Source: Candidatus Omnitrophota bacterium
GTDB taxonomy: Bacteria > Omnitrophota > Gorgyraeia > Tantalellales > Tantalellaceae
Direction of reading: 5' to 3'
Assembly: GCA_015231405.1 (NCBI GenBank)
Contig: JADGBR010000010.1
Coordinates: forward strand, 14,489-78,488
Length of the DNA: 64,000 bases
A program made the position numbers and the translations under genes. Positions 28,487 through 39,519 of this stretch are shown here, in pieces; position 1 is the first letter of the stretch, and the number at the start of each line of letters is the position of its first letter. A model generated the notes under the pieces. It ran no database searches. It had not been told where the DNA came from and was given only the letters and a program-made list of their open reading frames with translations.

Positions 28487-30201
28487 AATAACCCGAGTTC
28501 CTTAGCTTTCATGAACACCTTACCGGCAGCCTGAGCGGCGAACTGTCCGCCGGCGCCGCCGTACTCATCGAACACAACTACGGCGAGTTTCGCGTCATCG
28601 TAGGGGGCGAAGCCCGCGAACCACCCGTGATTCTCGGCTTTTGAGGTTTGCGACGTCCCAGTCTTGCCGGCGACCACGAAATCCTTATTATAAGCCTTTC
28701 CACCCGTGCCACCGGGATCATTAACACAGTCGTAAAGTCCCTTTCTTATCGTGTCTATAGCGTACTCTGAAATATTCATGTGATCCCTCTGGGGATTTTC
28801 TATAGTAACATCTCCTATCTTAGCCGTTAAGTACGGGTTCACAAGATACCCTTTATTCGCGAAAACGCTTATGACTTTAGCCATCTGCAGGGGGCTGGCT
28901 AGAAGGTACCCTTGGCCGATCGAATAATTGACGGTATCACCATCGAACCACTTCTGCTTGAAACGTTTCTTTTTCCACTCGGGTGTAGGCAATAAGCCCG
29001 GGTTCTCCGCCGGGAGGTCTATCCCGGTAGACCTGCCTATCCCGAATTTCTCGGCGTATTCGATGATATTGTTAACTCCGGAAGCCAGACCCGTCCTATA
29101 GAAGAATACGTCGCACGAATTCTCTAGCGCCAAAATAACATTTTGAACGCCGTGCCCGTCTTTTTTCCAGCAGCCGAATTTTATCGAACCCAGATCTAAG
29201 AACCCGTTACAGGTAAATTCCGTAGATGGTTTTATCTTGCCCCTTTCCATAGCCGCCAGAGCGACCACGACCTTGAAAACCGATCCCGGCGGATATATGC
29301 CTGATATGGCCCTCATCACCATGGGTCTGTCATCGTTTTTCAATAGCGGTGTTACCTCTTTCTTTCTTTTCTTGTCGATGAACACAGCCGGGTCGAAAGC
29401 CGGTGACGTTACAATAGCCTTTACTGCACCGTCCCTCGGGTCCAGCGCGACTATGGCTCCTTTTCTGCCCTTAATGAGCGAATAGCAGTAATTCTCGAGG
29501 TCAAGATCTATCGTAGTGGTTATATTTTTTCCCGGGACAGGCTCGAGAAACCCTAGCATCCTGATCTCGCGTCCGCGATGGTCTACCTCGACCTGTTTTC
29601 CTCCGTCCTCCCCCCGGAGATAAGTATCATACTGTTTTTCCAGCCCGCTCCTGCCGATAAGGTCATCGATGGTATATCCGTACGGTTTCATTCTGCCGAG
29701 CTCGGCGCTGTTAATTAGCCCCAGAAACCCGATGACTCCCGACGACGCTTCGCCGCCGGGATATTCGCGTTTTGTAGCGACATCGACCATTAGCCCGGGG
29801 TGATCGGAAAGCATCTCCTCAATGAGCGTAGCGCCTTTTATCCCGACATCGTCGACAACAGGCTGGGTAAGATAGCCTTTCCCCCTACAATTCTTTATCC
29901 TTTCTTCTACGGTTTCCAGCGGGACCTCAAGTACCCTGCTAAGTTTTTCGGCAAGAAGCTTCCTATCGCTCATCTGGTTGTAAACTATGGCCGCGTTAAA
30001 GCAGATAACGTCCTGGGCCAATGGGCGGCCCTTATTGTCAAATATCCCGCCTCTCGGGGCTTTAAAAGGTATTACCCTGAGACGGTTACCCTCTGACATT
30101 TTCCTGAACGCTTCATGCCCGATTATCTGTATATTAAAAAGCCCGGCGATGACAAAAACCAGAGCCAGGAACAATATTCTGACAAATACCTTTATCCTCA
30201 T
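28483..30201 (-). CDS. mrdA: Penicillin-binding protein 2
   Basis: APRGGIFD, YPPGSVFK, SCDVFFY, GKTGTSQ. Confidence 0.95.
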   Translation of the reverse strand: MRIKVFVRILFLALVFVIAGLFNIQIIGHEAFRKMSEGNRLRVIPFKAPRGGIFDNKGRPLAQDVICFNAAIVYNQMSDRKLLAEKLSRVLEVPLETVEERIKNCRGKGYLTQPVVDDVGIKGATLIEEMLSDHPGLMVDVATKREYPGGEASSGVIGFLGLINSAELGRMKPYGYTIDDLIGRSGLEKQYDTYLRGEDGGKQVEVDHRGREIRMLGFLEPVPGKNITTTIDLDLENYCYSLIKGRKGAIVALDPRDGAVKAIVTSPAFDPAVFIDKKRKKEVTPLLKNDDRPMVMRAISGIYPPGSVFKVVVALAAMERGKIKPSTEFTCNGFLDLGSIKFGCWKKDGHGVQNVILALENSCDVFFYRTGLASGVNNIIEYAEKFGIGRSTGIDLPAENPGLLPTPEWKKKRFKQKWFDGDTVNYSIGQGYLLASPLQMAKVISVFANKGYLVNPYLTAKIGDVTIENPQRDHMNISEYAIDTIRKGLYDCVNDPGGTGGKAYNKDFVVAGKTGTSQTSKAENHGWFAGFAPYDDAKLAVVVFDEYGGAGGQFAAQAAGKVFMKAKELGLL

Positions 30202-30203
30202 GA

Positions 30204-30698
30204 CTAAATCATCCCGGTTCTCTCTAAATAGTTGTTCAAGGGCATAAAGATGATCGGTGAAAGGATCAAAGTGACGACCACCACCCTCCAGTTATCCGCA
30301 ACCGCCGAAAGGAACCTGATGTCGTTACCGGTGAGGATATTGAGGTAGGCCGTATGCGCAAAGACCAGAGAGATCATGGCAACGAGCATGACAAATATGT
30401 GCAGAACAGGGCTGTTCCTGTAGAACATACCGGACATCATGCTCGAAAAGAGCGCTATGAGTGGAAAGACCACAATATCAGCGGGAAGGGTATGCGCCGA
30501 AAAAAAGCCCCTAAGGGCGCCGAGAAGAAATCCGGAAATGACCCCGTTCCCCATCCCTCCGAAGATAGAAATAAAAACTACCGCAAGAAGAATAAAATCG
30601 GGGCACCATACTGAGCCCGGGCTGAAGCGGATCTGGGCAAGAAAAGCCATAAAGAAAAATAGATAAATTCCCGGCAATTTTCTTATTTCAGAACGCAC
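30204..30698 (-). CDS. mreD: Rod shape-determining protein MreD
   Basis: Polytopic membrane protein with PDFILL motif between mreC and mrdA. Confidence 0.8.
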   Translation of the reverse strand: MRSEIRKLPGIYLFFFMAFLAQIRFSPGSVWCPDFILLAVVFISIFGGMGNGVISGFLLGALRGFFSAHTLPADIVVFPLIALFSSMMSGMFYRNSPVLHIFVMLVAMISLVFAHTAYLNILTGNDIRFLSAVADNWRVVVVTLILSPIIFMPLNNYLERTGMI

Positions 30699-31462
30699 AG
30701 GACCTCTTCTTCGGATATAAGATCGGCAAAAGGCTTTATCATGGCATACTGATAAAGGCCTGTCCTGCTTCTGTGTACCGACACTACCTCTCCGACCTTT
30801 ATCCCTTTCGGGAAAATACCGGAAAGGCCCGAAGTCAGGACTTCCTCTTTGGGCTCCACGTTCTTGTCCAGTGGGATATACAGCATTTTCAGTTTACCTG
30901 TACCTGCTCCGGCCAGGACTCCGCTAGTCCTTGTTCCGGCCAGGACGCCTCCGCACCTGAAACTGGGATGAGTTATCATTACGGCCATACTGGCTTCCTC
31001 GCCGGGATCCGTGAGCATTCCCACCAGCCCCTTTCCGCTGCAAATAGCCGTATGTGCAACAAGCCCTTCCCTTGTTCCCTTGTTTATAATGAACCCTCCG
31101 GCCCATGCGTTAGGCTCACGTCCGATTATCTCGGCCGGAACGGTCCTGAAATCAAAACTCTTCCTGAAACTCGCCAGGTCCCTCAATCGGTCGTTCTCTT
31201 TTTTTAGCTCGTCAAAAGCAGACGTTTTCAACAAAAGGACGTCTATTCTGCTTTTCAGCCGGGTATTCTCCGCGATAAGTTCGCCCCTGGACATTAAAGA
31301 CATTGATACATTATCAATGACATTCAGTGGAAAGGTAAAGACCTTAATTGCCAGGAATTTCAGATCATGAAGGGACGATGGGTCACGGAAGAAAAAAAAG
31401 ACCGAAGCCAGTATTAAAGCTATTATTAAACGGTATCTCTGTTTGTAATATACCTTGGGCAC
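30683..31462 (-). CDS. mreC: Rod shape-determining protein MreC
   Basis: Coiled coil ENDRLR, INKG, GLVG, TSGLSGIFPKGIKVG. Confidence 0.93.
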   Translation of the reverse strand: MPKVYYKQRYRLIIALILASVFFFFRDPSSLHDLKFLAIKVFTFPLNVIDNVSMSLMSRGELIAENTRLKSRIDVLLLKTSAFDELKKENDRLRDLASFRKSFDFRTVPAEIIGREPNAWAGGFIINKGTREGLVAHTAICSGKGLVGMLTDPGEEASMAVMITHPSFRCGGVLAGTRTSGVLAGAGTGKLKMLYIPLDKNVEPKEEVLTSGLSGIFPKGIKVGEVVSVHRSRTGLYQYAMIKPFADLISEEEVLCVLK

Positions 31463-31517
31463 ATCAAAATAAATTGTCAGACTTGAATGAACCTCTATCC
31501 CTCACTGATAAAAAGAT

Positions 31518-32585
31518 CTACCTGTGAAGTTTAGGGGCTACGGTCAACCTCTTAAGATAACTGATCTCGCTCAATACCTTCCCTGTCCCCATAGCAACCG
31601 CCGTCAAAGGATCATCGGCAATATGCACCGGAAGACCGGTCTCTTCGGAAATAAGTTTGTCAAGGCCTCTCAAAAGCGCTCCGCCGCCTGCTAGGATGAT
31701 ACCTTTCTCGATAAGGTCGGCCGAAAGCTCGGGTGGGGTCCTTTCAAGTGTGGTCCTTACGGCTTCCACTATCTGTGAAATAGGCTCCGAAAGTGCTTCG
31801 CGTATCTCTTCACTGTTGATCGTCACGGATTTGGGAAGGCCGGCTACCTGATCACGGCCCCTTACCTCCATCGTCATTTCCTCCTCAAGGGGATATGCGG
31901 ATCCAATGCTGATCTTGATATCTTCCGCCGTCCTCTCCCCTATCATGAGGTTGTAGGTCCTTCTCAAATAGTTAACGATAGCCTCGTCCATCACATCCCC
32001 TCCGGTCCTTATGGATTTGGAGAAAACAAGACCCGCCAGGGATATAACCGCCAATTCTGTAGTACCTCCGCCGATATCAATTATCATGTTCCCCGAAGGC
32101 TCCTGTATCGGAAGCCCTACCCCGATGGCGGCGGCCATAGGCTCTTCGATCATATAGACCTCTCTCGCTCCGGCGTGTATAGCTGAATCTCTCACTGCAC
32201 GCCTTTCCACTTCGGTTATACCGGATGGGACCGCTATTACTATACGAGGCCTGACCAACCTGCGGGAATTATGTACTTTCTTAATGAAATATCTGAGCAT
32301 GCTCTCCGTAATATCAAAGTCGGCTATAACGCCAGCCTTCATAGGTCTGATGGCCACTATATTCCCGGGAGTACGCCCGAGCATTCTCTTCGCTTCTTCC
32401 CCCACGGCCAGAACATTCGTCGTCCCGGCCTCTACGGCGACCACGGAGGGCTCGCAAAGAACTATTCCCTCATTCTTAAGATACACAAGGGTGGATGCTG
32501 TTCCAAGGTCGATCCCTATGTCGCTTGAAAAGAAACCAAGCAAATTACGCATAAAGTTCACAAAACGATTCGGGACCATACCCAC
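31518..32585 (-). CDS. mreB: Actin-like protein MreB
   Basis: [37 protein letters not shown]. Confidence 0.98.
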   Translation of the reverse strand: MGMVPNRFVNFMRNLLGFFSSDIGIDLGTASTLVYLKNEGIVLCEPSVVAVEAGTTNVLAVGEEAKRMLGRTPGNIVAIRPMKAGVIADFDITESMLRYFIKKVHNSRRLVRPRIVIAVPSGITEVERRAVRDSAIHAGAREVYMIEEPMAAAIGVGLPIQEPSGNMIIDIGGGTTELAVISLAGLVFSKSIRTGGDVMDEAIVNYLRRTYNLMIGERTAEDIKISIGSAYPLEEEMTMEVRGRDQVAGLPKSVTINSEEIREALSEPISQIVEAVRTTLERTPPELSADLIEKGIILAGGGALLRGLDKLISEETGLPVHIADDPLTAVAMGTGKVLSEISYLKRLTVAPKLHR

Positions 32586-32647
32586 ACCTTCTTTCTTATA
32601 TTTAAAGGATTTAAAGCGGATAAATTACACAAAAAGAAGCTCATTGG

Positions 32648-32676
32648 ATAGTAGCAAATATATGGGGGTTTGTCAA
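32648..32676 (-). promoter_or_regulatory. Putative sigma70 promoter of mre operon
   Basis: TTGACA-17 bp-TACTAT with TGn extension. Confidence 0.65.
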
Positions 32677-32756
32677 ATAATTTCTAAATAACGTGGAACG
32701 TGTGACATGGGACGAGAAATCTAGGACGTCCTACGTCCTACCCCGTCCTCCTTTAA

Positions 32757-34058
32757 TTACTTACCGGCAAGTTTAACGACACGGGTAAGATCTTCAAGAA
32801 AACCGGGATAAGATGTCGCAACGCAATCAACGCTGTCAATAATGCTTTCTCCCGACGAGAAAAGCGAGGCTATAGCCATGCTCATGGCGGTGCGGTGGTC
32901 TCCGTAACTAATGAACCGTGATGGCTCAAACCTCCTCCGCCCTCCAGGGATGACCACATCGTCGCCTGAACTTATGATCTCTATTCCGGCCTTCAGAAGG
33001 TTTTCCCCCATGCTTTTTATCCGGTCAGTTTCCTTGACTTTCAGCTCTGAGATCCCGCGGATGACGGTTTCACCCGAGGCCATAGCGGCCGCGACCATGA
33101 GAACGGGTATCTCGTCTATTAAAAGAGGTATCTCCGAAGGAGCGACAACTGTCCCTTTCAAATGTGAGTTTTTAACCCGGATATCGCCGTAAGGTTCCGG
33201 GCCTTTTTTAATGTCCGATATCCTTACGTCCGCGCCCATCCGTAAAAGCACGTCCAAAATCCCCGTCCTGGTAGGATTAAGCCCGACGCCCTTTAAAAGG
33301 AGATCGGATTTTTCGGCCAATAAAGCGCCGACCAGGAAGAAAGCCGCGCTTGAGATATCACCGGGTACAACTATGTCCTTTGGCTCGAGCTCTTTGAGCC
33401 CATTGACGCTTACCGTTAACTTATCCTTTCGGATGTCAGCTCCGAAAAGCTCCAAAATCCTTTCAGTATGGTCCCGGGAAATGAACGGTTCGGTAACGGA
33501 AGTGACCCCGTCAGCGTACAACCCGGCGGCGAGAACCGATGATTTTACCTGGGCGCTCGCGATCGGCATAGAATATGCTATAGGTTTAAGGGGCGCCTTA
33601 GCGCCTTTGATAATGAAGGGCGCGAACCCTTCTTTTTCGAGAAAATCTATCCTTGCTCCCATTTTCGCGAGCGGCTCTATTACCCTTTTCATCGGCCTTC
33701 CCGAAAGAGACTCATCGCCCGTGAGGATGACCTCTATCTCCTGCCCCGCCAGTATGCCCGCGATGATGCGCATGCTAGTCCCGGAATTCCCGAGATATAA
33801 CCTGCCCTCGGGCGCTTTAAGCCCCTTAAGTCCGACCCCCTTGATCCTAAGGATGTCTCCATTAACTTCGATAGGGACGCCCATGGCCTTAAAAGCCGAG
33901 AGCGTGCTCATACAATCCTCTCCGGTAAGGAAGTTCCCGACCTTCAAAGAGCCTTTTGAGATCGCCCCGAACATCACGGCGCGGTGCGAGATACTCTTGT
34001 CAGGGGGAACAGCTATTGTTCCTTTTATCTCATTAGCAGGATTAATTTTCCAATTCAT
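32757..34058 (-). CDS. aroA: EPSP synthase
   Basis: DKSISHR, LGNSGTSMR, ASAQVKS, RDHTE, KETDRI, GDHR. Confidence 0.97.
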   Translation of the reverse strand: MNWKINPANEIKGTIAVPPDKSISHRAVMFGAISKGSLKVGNFLTGEDCMSTLSAFKAMGVPIEVNGDILRIKGVGLKGLKAPEGRLYLGNSGTSMRIIAGILAGQEIEVILTGDESLSGRPMKRVIEPLAKMGARIDFLEKEGFAPFIIKGAKAPLKPIAYSMPIASAQVKSSVLAAGLYADGVTSVTEPFISRDHTERILELFGADIRKDKLTVSVNGLKELEPKDIVVPGDISSAAFFLVGALLAEKSDLLLKGVGLNPTRTGILDVLLRMGADVRISDIKKGPEPYGDIRVKNSHLKGTVVAPSEIPLLIDEIPVLMVAAAMASGETVIRGISELKVKETDRIKSMGENLLKAGIEIISSGDDVVIPGGRRRFEPSRFISYGDHRTAMSMAIASLFSSGESIIDSVDCVATSYPGFLEDLTRVVKLAGK

Positions 34059-34984
34059 ATTGTCTCCGGTATTGAGTAATCCCCGCGTTTAATTACCCTA
34101 AGCATATCTTCCGGCACCGGCGCAACGAACTCGACGAACTTGCCTGTATCCGGATGAGTGAACCCAAGTTTATCCGCATGGAGGGCGTGTCGCGGCATTT
34201 CATTACCGATACCGTAAACTTTATCACCCAGAACGGGGTGCCCGATATGAGCGAGATGGACCCTTATCTGATGGGTTCGTCCCGATTCAGGCTCCAATTT
34301 CAACACTGTGAACCTCTCGAACCTTTTGGCCACGTGGAAAACTGTGCAGGCGGGTTTGCCCCTTTCGTGGTCGACCACGATCCTCCGGTGATCCTTAAGG
34401 TCCCTGGCAAGCGGCTGATCCACGATACCATTATCAGGCCCAACAACCCCGCGAACGAGCGCTATATATCTTTTTTTCACATTTCGCTTCTGGAATTGTT
34501 TCGACAGCGAGCGGTGGGCCCTGTCATTCTTAGCCACTACTATCAGCCCCGAAGTATCTTTGTCAAGCCTGTGCACTATTCCCGGCCTCGCCCCGTCTCC
34601 CGAGGAGGCCACCTCGCGGCACCTAAAAAGCACCGCGCTCACAAGCGTCCCATTTTTATTACCCGCGCCGGGATGAACTACAAGACCAGCGGTTTTATCT
34701 ATAACCATTATCCAATTGTCCTCGTAAATGACGTTGACAGGTATTTCCTCCGGCTCGATATCCGAGGATCCTTTAGGTGCGAATAGGCAGGAAACCGAAT
34801 CACCGGGCTTCAGAACATAGCTTGGTTTGACGCTCGCACCGTTCACCGTGATGTGGCCTTCGGTAATGAGATCCCTTACATATGTCCTTGAGCGTTCATC
34901 CCCGAGCATCGTGGCGACATATTTATCCACCCGGCACGGCGGCTGATCATCTGAAATAAGATATTTTGTCTCTTCCATCGGCAT
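34055..34984 (-). CDS. rluD: RluA/RluD-family pseudouridine synthase with S4 domain
   Basis: GLVVHPGAG, GIVHRLDKDTSG, GRTHQIRVH. Confidence 0.9.
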   Translation of the reverse strand: MPMEETKYLISDDQPPCRVDKYVATMLGDERSRTYVRDLITEGHITVNGASVKPSYVLKPGDSVSCLFAPKGSSDIEPEEIPVNVIYEDNWIMVIDKTAGLVVHPGAGNKNGTLVSAVLFRCREVASSGDGARPGIVHRLDKDTSGLIVVAKNDRAHRSLSKQFQKRNVKKRYIALVRGVVGPDNGIVDQPLARDLKDHRRIVVDHERGKPACTVFHVAKRFERFTVLKLEPESGRTHQIRVHLAHIGHPVLGDKVYGIGNEMPRHALHADKLGFTHPDTGKFVEFVAPVPEDMLRVIKRGDYSIPETI

Positions 34985-34988
34985 TGTC

Positions 34989-35738
34989 CTAGAAAACCTT
35001 TTTAAAAGCCTCGCCCCGCCTCATACGGAAAAAATACGCCCCTACGATGAATATGCCTACGCTCAAGACCTGGGCGAGGGTTAACGAGAAAAAGATCCCG
35101 GGGTTATCCGCACGGAGAAAATCGGACAAGAACCTTACGAGCGAAAAGATCAGTAGGTATACAAGGAAAACACTGCCGTCGAATGGTTTCCTCTCCCGGT
35201 ACGACGTAAGGAAGAGGAACAAAAGCGCGAGCACGAGCGATGAGTACAGCTGCACCGGGATCCTCGCCGCGACGTCGCCGGGAAAAACAACGCCGAATCC
35301 GTTATCGACAGTTCTTCCGTAACAACAGCCGTTCAAATAGCAGCCTATCCTTCCGATGGAATGCCCCAACGCAATGTAAGGCGCTACGACGTCTGACATT
35401 TTCCAGAATGAAAGTTTTTTAACGCGGCATGTTATTATCCCGGCAGCGGCACCCGCGATCAAGCTCCCGTGAAAAGCCATCCCGCCGTCCCTAAAAACCG
35501 GGATGAGCCATGGGTTACTGGCGAAATACCCTATATTGACGATAACGTACAGCATTCGCCCGCCAACGAGCCCGGACAACAATACCCAGAAAAAACAATC
35601 AGCTATTTCGTTAAATGGTTCTCCCGTACGACGTGAATACCCGTACGCGAGAAAGGCGCATGTGAGGAAGGCGGCCGCCACGCAAAAACCGTACGTGTAT
35701 ATTTTAAAACCAAAGACATCAAGAAGAACCGGATGCAT
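34989..35738 (-). CDS. lgt: Prolipoprotein diacylglyceryl transferase
   Basis: GGRMLYV, GGMAFHG, GRIGCYLNGCCYG, PVQLY; start at MHPVL. Confidence 0.93.
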   Translation of the reverse strand: MHPVLLDVFGFKIYTYGFCVAAAFLTCAFLAYGYSRRTGEPFNEIADCFFWVLLSGLVGGRMLYVIVNIGYFASNPWLIPVFRDGGMAFHGSLIAGAAAGIITCRVKKLSFWKMSDVVAPYIALGHSIGRIGCYLNGCCYGRTVDNGFGVVFPGDVAARIPVQLYSSLVLALLFLFLTSYRERKPFDGSVFLVYLLIFSLVRFLSDFLRADNPGIFFSLTLAQVLSVGIFIVGAYFFRMRRGEAFKKVF

Positions 35739-36186
35739 TATCGACCTTCTTTCTGGCAAAAATGATAGCCGCGGCAAGAACTATCGCCCCGGACGTAATA
35801 AAACTGTCAGCAACGTTAAAAACCGGCCATATCCTGAAATCGAAAAAATCCACAACGTAACCCAGCCTGACCCTGTCCGTAAAGTTCCCAAGCGTCCCCG
35901 AAAAAATGAACGTAAGGCCCGTCCGCTCAAGTGTCCCGATAGAGTCAAAACGCCTGGCCATGAACCAGGCAATGAACAAAAGAGCCGCGACGGAAGCGAT
36001 CACAAAGATGCCGGGACTCGACCTCATTATCCCGAAAGCCGCGCCCGTATTATGAACAAGGGTTATATGAAAAACGTCTTTTATGACCGGCGAGCTTTCC
36101 CCGATCGATAAGGAACTGAGGACAATGTACTTTGTCAGCTGGTCAACCGCGAAAATAAAGACCGCCGACAACATTAAAATGATCAT
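35719..36186 (-). CDS. lspA: Lipoprotein signal peptidase II
   Basis: DQLTK, NTGAAFG, GNFTDR, VVDF, FNVAD; ATG overlaps dksA stop. Confidence 0.95.
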   Translation of the reverse strand: MIILMLSAVFIFAVDQLTKYIVLSSLSIGESSPVIKDVFHITLVHNTGAAFGIMRSSPGIFVIASVAALLFIAWFMARRFDSIGTLERTGLTFIFSGTLGNFTDRVRLGYVVDFFDFRIWPVFNVADSFITSGAIVLAAAIIFARKKVDNASGSS

Positions 36187-36671
36187 TTGCTTTCTGATCG
36201 TTCTCTTTTCTCCTGGCATTTTATGCAATAGTGCGCCTGGGGCATAGCTTCCAGTCTCTGCCTGGATATTTTCTCGCCGCACATCTCGCAGCCCCCGTAC
36301 AAACCTTCATCGATCTTTTTTATGGCTTCGTCCAGCGAATAGAGCAGCTGCCTTTCACCCTCCGCCAGGCCGAGTATGAACTCACGATCGTACATGTCGG
36401 TCGCCATGTCGGCCATATGGAAAGAATAACCGGACAGATCCCCGGAGGCGTCTTTCTGGGATTTGCTGGCATCCTTCTTTATACGCTTCAGCTCCTCCAG
36501 TATCCCGGCCCTCTCCTCGACAAGGCTATCGCGCACCTTCATCAGTTCCGGGCTTATCTTCACATTTTTCTTTTTCGGAGCATTCAATTCATTCTTTTTC
36601 TGCGCCTTTACGGTTTTCTGTTTGGGCTTGGAACTTTCGATCTTTTTAACCGGTTTTTTCTTATTGGCCAT
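36183..36671 (-). CDS. DksA/TraR C4 zinc-finger protein
   Basis: HMADMATD, YGGCEMCGEKISRQRLEAMP...CIKC; Lys-rich N-terminus. Confidence 0.9.
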   Translation of the reverse strand: MANKKKPVKKIESSKPKQKTVKAQKKNELNAPKKKNVKISPELMKVRDSLVEERAGILEELKRIKKDASKSQKDASGDLSGYSFHMADMATDMYDREFILGLAEGERQLLYSLDEAIKKIDEGLYGGCEMCGEKISRQRLEAMPQAHYCIKCQEKRERSESK

Positions 36672-39477
36672 CGCTATTTCTCCTTTCGTCCATGACATTC
36701 CCGCATCTTTGGCAAAGTTCCGGGTATTTTGAGTTGACTCCAACTATTTCGGCGTAGTTCCAACACCTGGGACATTTACAGCCCCTGGCCTTCCTTACTG
36801 ATATTAATAAAAGGCGCCCGCCGACCTTTTCCATATCTACGGCTGGACAGGCGACGATCTCCACCTGCGAAACCCTAAAAATAAAAGCCATAAGATCCCT
36901 CGAGCCCGAAAGAAAATCCGACTCTTTTGCATCCTCGGAATAAAGCTCAATTCTAGCATCAAGCGAGCTCCCTATCAAGCCTGTCGCCCTTTTTTCTTCA
37001 AGGGACTTCATCACCTCATTCCTTAAAGCGATGAGCCCGTCCCATTTGATCATAAGCGGCTCATCGTTCCATCCGGAGATGTCGTTCGACAACCCGGGCC
37101 ATAGCGACATATGCACGCTTTCCTCTTTTCCGTCGCATTTCACATATTCCCACACCTCATCCATCGTAAAAGCCAGTATCGGAGAAAGTATCCTGGTAAT
37201 GACGTCAAGGAGATGGAATATGACGGTCTGCCCGGAACGCCTCTGGGAAGACCCGGGAGACACTACGTACATGATATCCTTCTGTATATCAAGGTAAAAA
37301 GAGCTTATATCGGTCACGCAAAAATCATAGACCGACCTGTAAACTTTGTAAAACTCGAAATTGGCGTAATATCCGTCGTTATCCTTTACCAGCCTGTACA
37401 GTCTCGAAAGCATCCACCTGTCCACCTCATGCAATTCCCCGGGCGGCACACAATCGCGGGCATGGTCATAATCATAGAGGTTGCTTATGAGATATTTCAG
37501 CGTGTTCCTTATTTTCCTGTAACCGTCCGCGAGCCTCGCGAGTATCTCATCCGATAGTTTAATATCGCCCGAATAATCGCTGGAAGATACCCACAGGCGC
37601 AGGACATCCGCGCCGTACTTTTTCATTATCTCTTCCGGCTGGATGACGTTCCCCAGAGACTTTGACATCTTTTTCCCTTCGCCGTCCACGACAAAACCGT
37701 GCGTCAATACCTTCCTGTAGGGTGGGACGCCGTTTATGCCCATGGAGGTTATAATAGCGGCCTGGAACCAGCCCCTGTGCTGGTCAGAACCTTCGAGGTA
37801 GAGGTCGGCTGGGAAAGACAATTCCGGCCTCGCTTGCAGGACCGCCCTGAAACTGACTCCGGAATCGAACCATACGTCAAGTATATCCTGTTCCCTCACA
37901 AGGTCATCTTTCGCGCATTCAGGGCATTTTGTACCGGCGGGAACTATCTGGTCGATGGCTTTTTCGAACCACGCATCGGCCCCGTCCTTTTCGGTCAGCT
38001 TCGCCGTATTCCTGATGATCTGAGCAGTAGTGAACGCCTTGCCGCAGGAGCGGCATTTGACGGCCGGTATAGGAACGCCCCAATAGCGCTGCCTGGAGAG
38101 ACACCAGTCGGGTCTACCGGAGATCATTGCGCCTATTCGGTCAACGCCGCCTCCGGGAACCCACTTAACTTCATTATTTATGGCATGGACCATTTTCTCT
38201 CTGAGCCCGTCATGGTCGATCTTCATGAACCATTGTTCCGTCGCCCGGTAAATTATCGGGTCCTTGCATCGCCAACAATGCGGGTATGCATGCGTTATCT
38301 TATCGGCTAGGACAAGAGAACCGTTACCGGCCATTTTTTCTATTATCGCCTTATTCGCCTTGAAAACATCCTCACCCTCGAATTCTCCCGTCCCTTTCTT
38401 GAATCTCCCGCGTTCATCGACGGGCATAATAACGGGAAGCGAGAATTTTTTACCCGTGATATGATCGTCAGCTCCATGCCCGGGGGCCGTATGCACCGAG
38501 CCAGTACCTTCCTCTTTTGTAACATACGCCGCCGGGACAAGAACGGAATCCCTTTCAATGAATGGGTGTCTGACTGCCTGGATATCCTTTATGACCCGCT
38601 CGCCTGACATTTTCTCGAGTAAGGAGTAATTCCCCGCCGAGAATCTTTTCATTAACGGCTCAACCAGCTCGGACAACATCACCCATACTTCAGCGCCGAC
38701 CTCTACAAAGCTGTATTCAAATCCCGGGTTCAGGGCCACCGCCACGTTACCGAGAAGCGTCCATGGCGTCGTGGTCCATACGATGAAAACCAGATTTTTC
38801 CCGCGGTAAAGGTTTTTGGCGGGGAACTTCACGTATATGGACGGCGAGACCTTGTCCTCATACTCTACCTCAGCTTCGGCAAGCGCCGTTTCGCAGGTCT
38901 TACACCAGTTGACCGGCTTTAAGCCTTTGTAGATGAACCCTTTTTCATAGAGGTCTGCCAAAGCGTAAAGTATATTAGCCTCATAGGCTCTCGACAGTGT
39001 CAGATAAGGGTCATCCCAGTTCCCGAAAACCCCGAGCCTTTTGAACTCCTCTGCCTGTATCTTTACGAATTTCATGGCGTATTTATAAGCTTTTTTCCTG
39101 AACTCGACCTGAGATATATCGTTCTTGGTCATATTGAGCTCTTTGAAAAGCTGATGTTCTACCGGAAGGCCATGGCAATCCCATCCGGGTACGTACGGGG
39201 CATAATTTCCTTTTAACGCAGCGTATTTTACCGAGATGTCCTTAAGTATCTTGTTAAGGACATGACCCATATGTATGTGTCCGTTGGCGTAAGGCGGACC
39301 GTCATGAAGGATGTAAGTTTTCCCCGACGGCCTTCTCAGTGCGAGTATCTTTTCGTAAACCTTCATACCGTCCCATTTTCTTAGCGTCTCAGGCTCTCGC
39401 CTGGGAAGGTCCGCCTTCATCGAAAAAGTTGTTTTCGGAAGGTTCAGGGTATCTTTATAATTCGGTTTATCGTTCAT
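36661..39477 (-). CDS. ileS: Isoleucine--tRNA ligase
   Basis: HDGPPYANGHIHMGH, WTTTPWT, DWCLSRQR, KMSKS, CPRCW. Confidence 0.98.
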   Translation of the reverse strand: MNDKPNYKDTLNLPKTTFSMKADLPRREPETLRKWDGMKVYEKILALRRPSGKTYILHDGPPYANGHIHMGHVLNKILKDISVKYAALKGNYAPYVPGWDCHGLPVEHQLFKELNMTKNDISQVEFRKKAYKYAMKFVKIQAEEFKRLGVFGNWDDPYLTLSRAYEANILYALADLYEKGFIYKGLKPVNWCKTCETALAEAEVEYEDKVSPSIYVKFPAKNLYRGKNLVFIVWTTTPWTLLGNVAVALNPGFEYSFVEVGAEVWVMLSELVEPLMKRFSAGNYSLLEKMSGERVIKDIQAVRHPFIERDSVLVPAAYVTKEEGTGSVHTAPGHGADDHITGKKFSLPVIMPVDERGRFKKGTGEFEGEDVFKANKAIIEKMAGNGSLVLADKITHAYPHCWRCKDPIIYRATEQWFMKIDHDGLREKMVHAINNEVKWVPGGGVDRIGAMISGRPDWCLSRQRYWGVPIPAVKCRSCGKAFTTAQIIRNTAKLTEKDGADAWFEKAIDQIVPAGTKCPECAKDDLVREQDILDVWFDSGVSFRAVLQARPELSFPADLYLEGSDQHRGWFQAAIITSMGINGVPPYRKVLTHGFVVDGEGKKMSKSLGNVIQPEEIMKKYGADVLRLWVSSSDYSGDIKLSDEILARLADGYRKIRNTLKYLISNLYDYDHARDCVPPGELHEVDRWMLSRLYRLVKDNDGYYANFEFYKVYRSVYDFCVTDISSFYLDIQKDIMYVVSPGSSQRRSGQTVIFHLLDVITRILSPILAFTMDEVWEYVKCDGKEESVHMSLWPGLSNDISGWNDEPLMIKWDGLIALRNEVMKSLEEKRATGLIGSSLDARIELYSEDAKESDFLSGSRDLMAFIFRVSQVEIVACPAVDMEKVGGRLLLISVRKARGCKCPRCWNYAEIVGVNSKYPELCQRCGNVMDERRNSDGQ

Positions 39478-39519
39478 TTGTTCCCTTGGATGCATCCGCC
39501 ATGCATTTTATCATTGTCT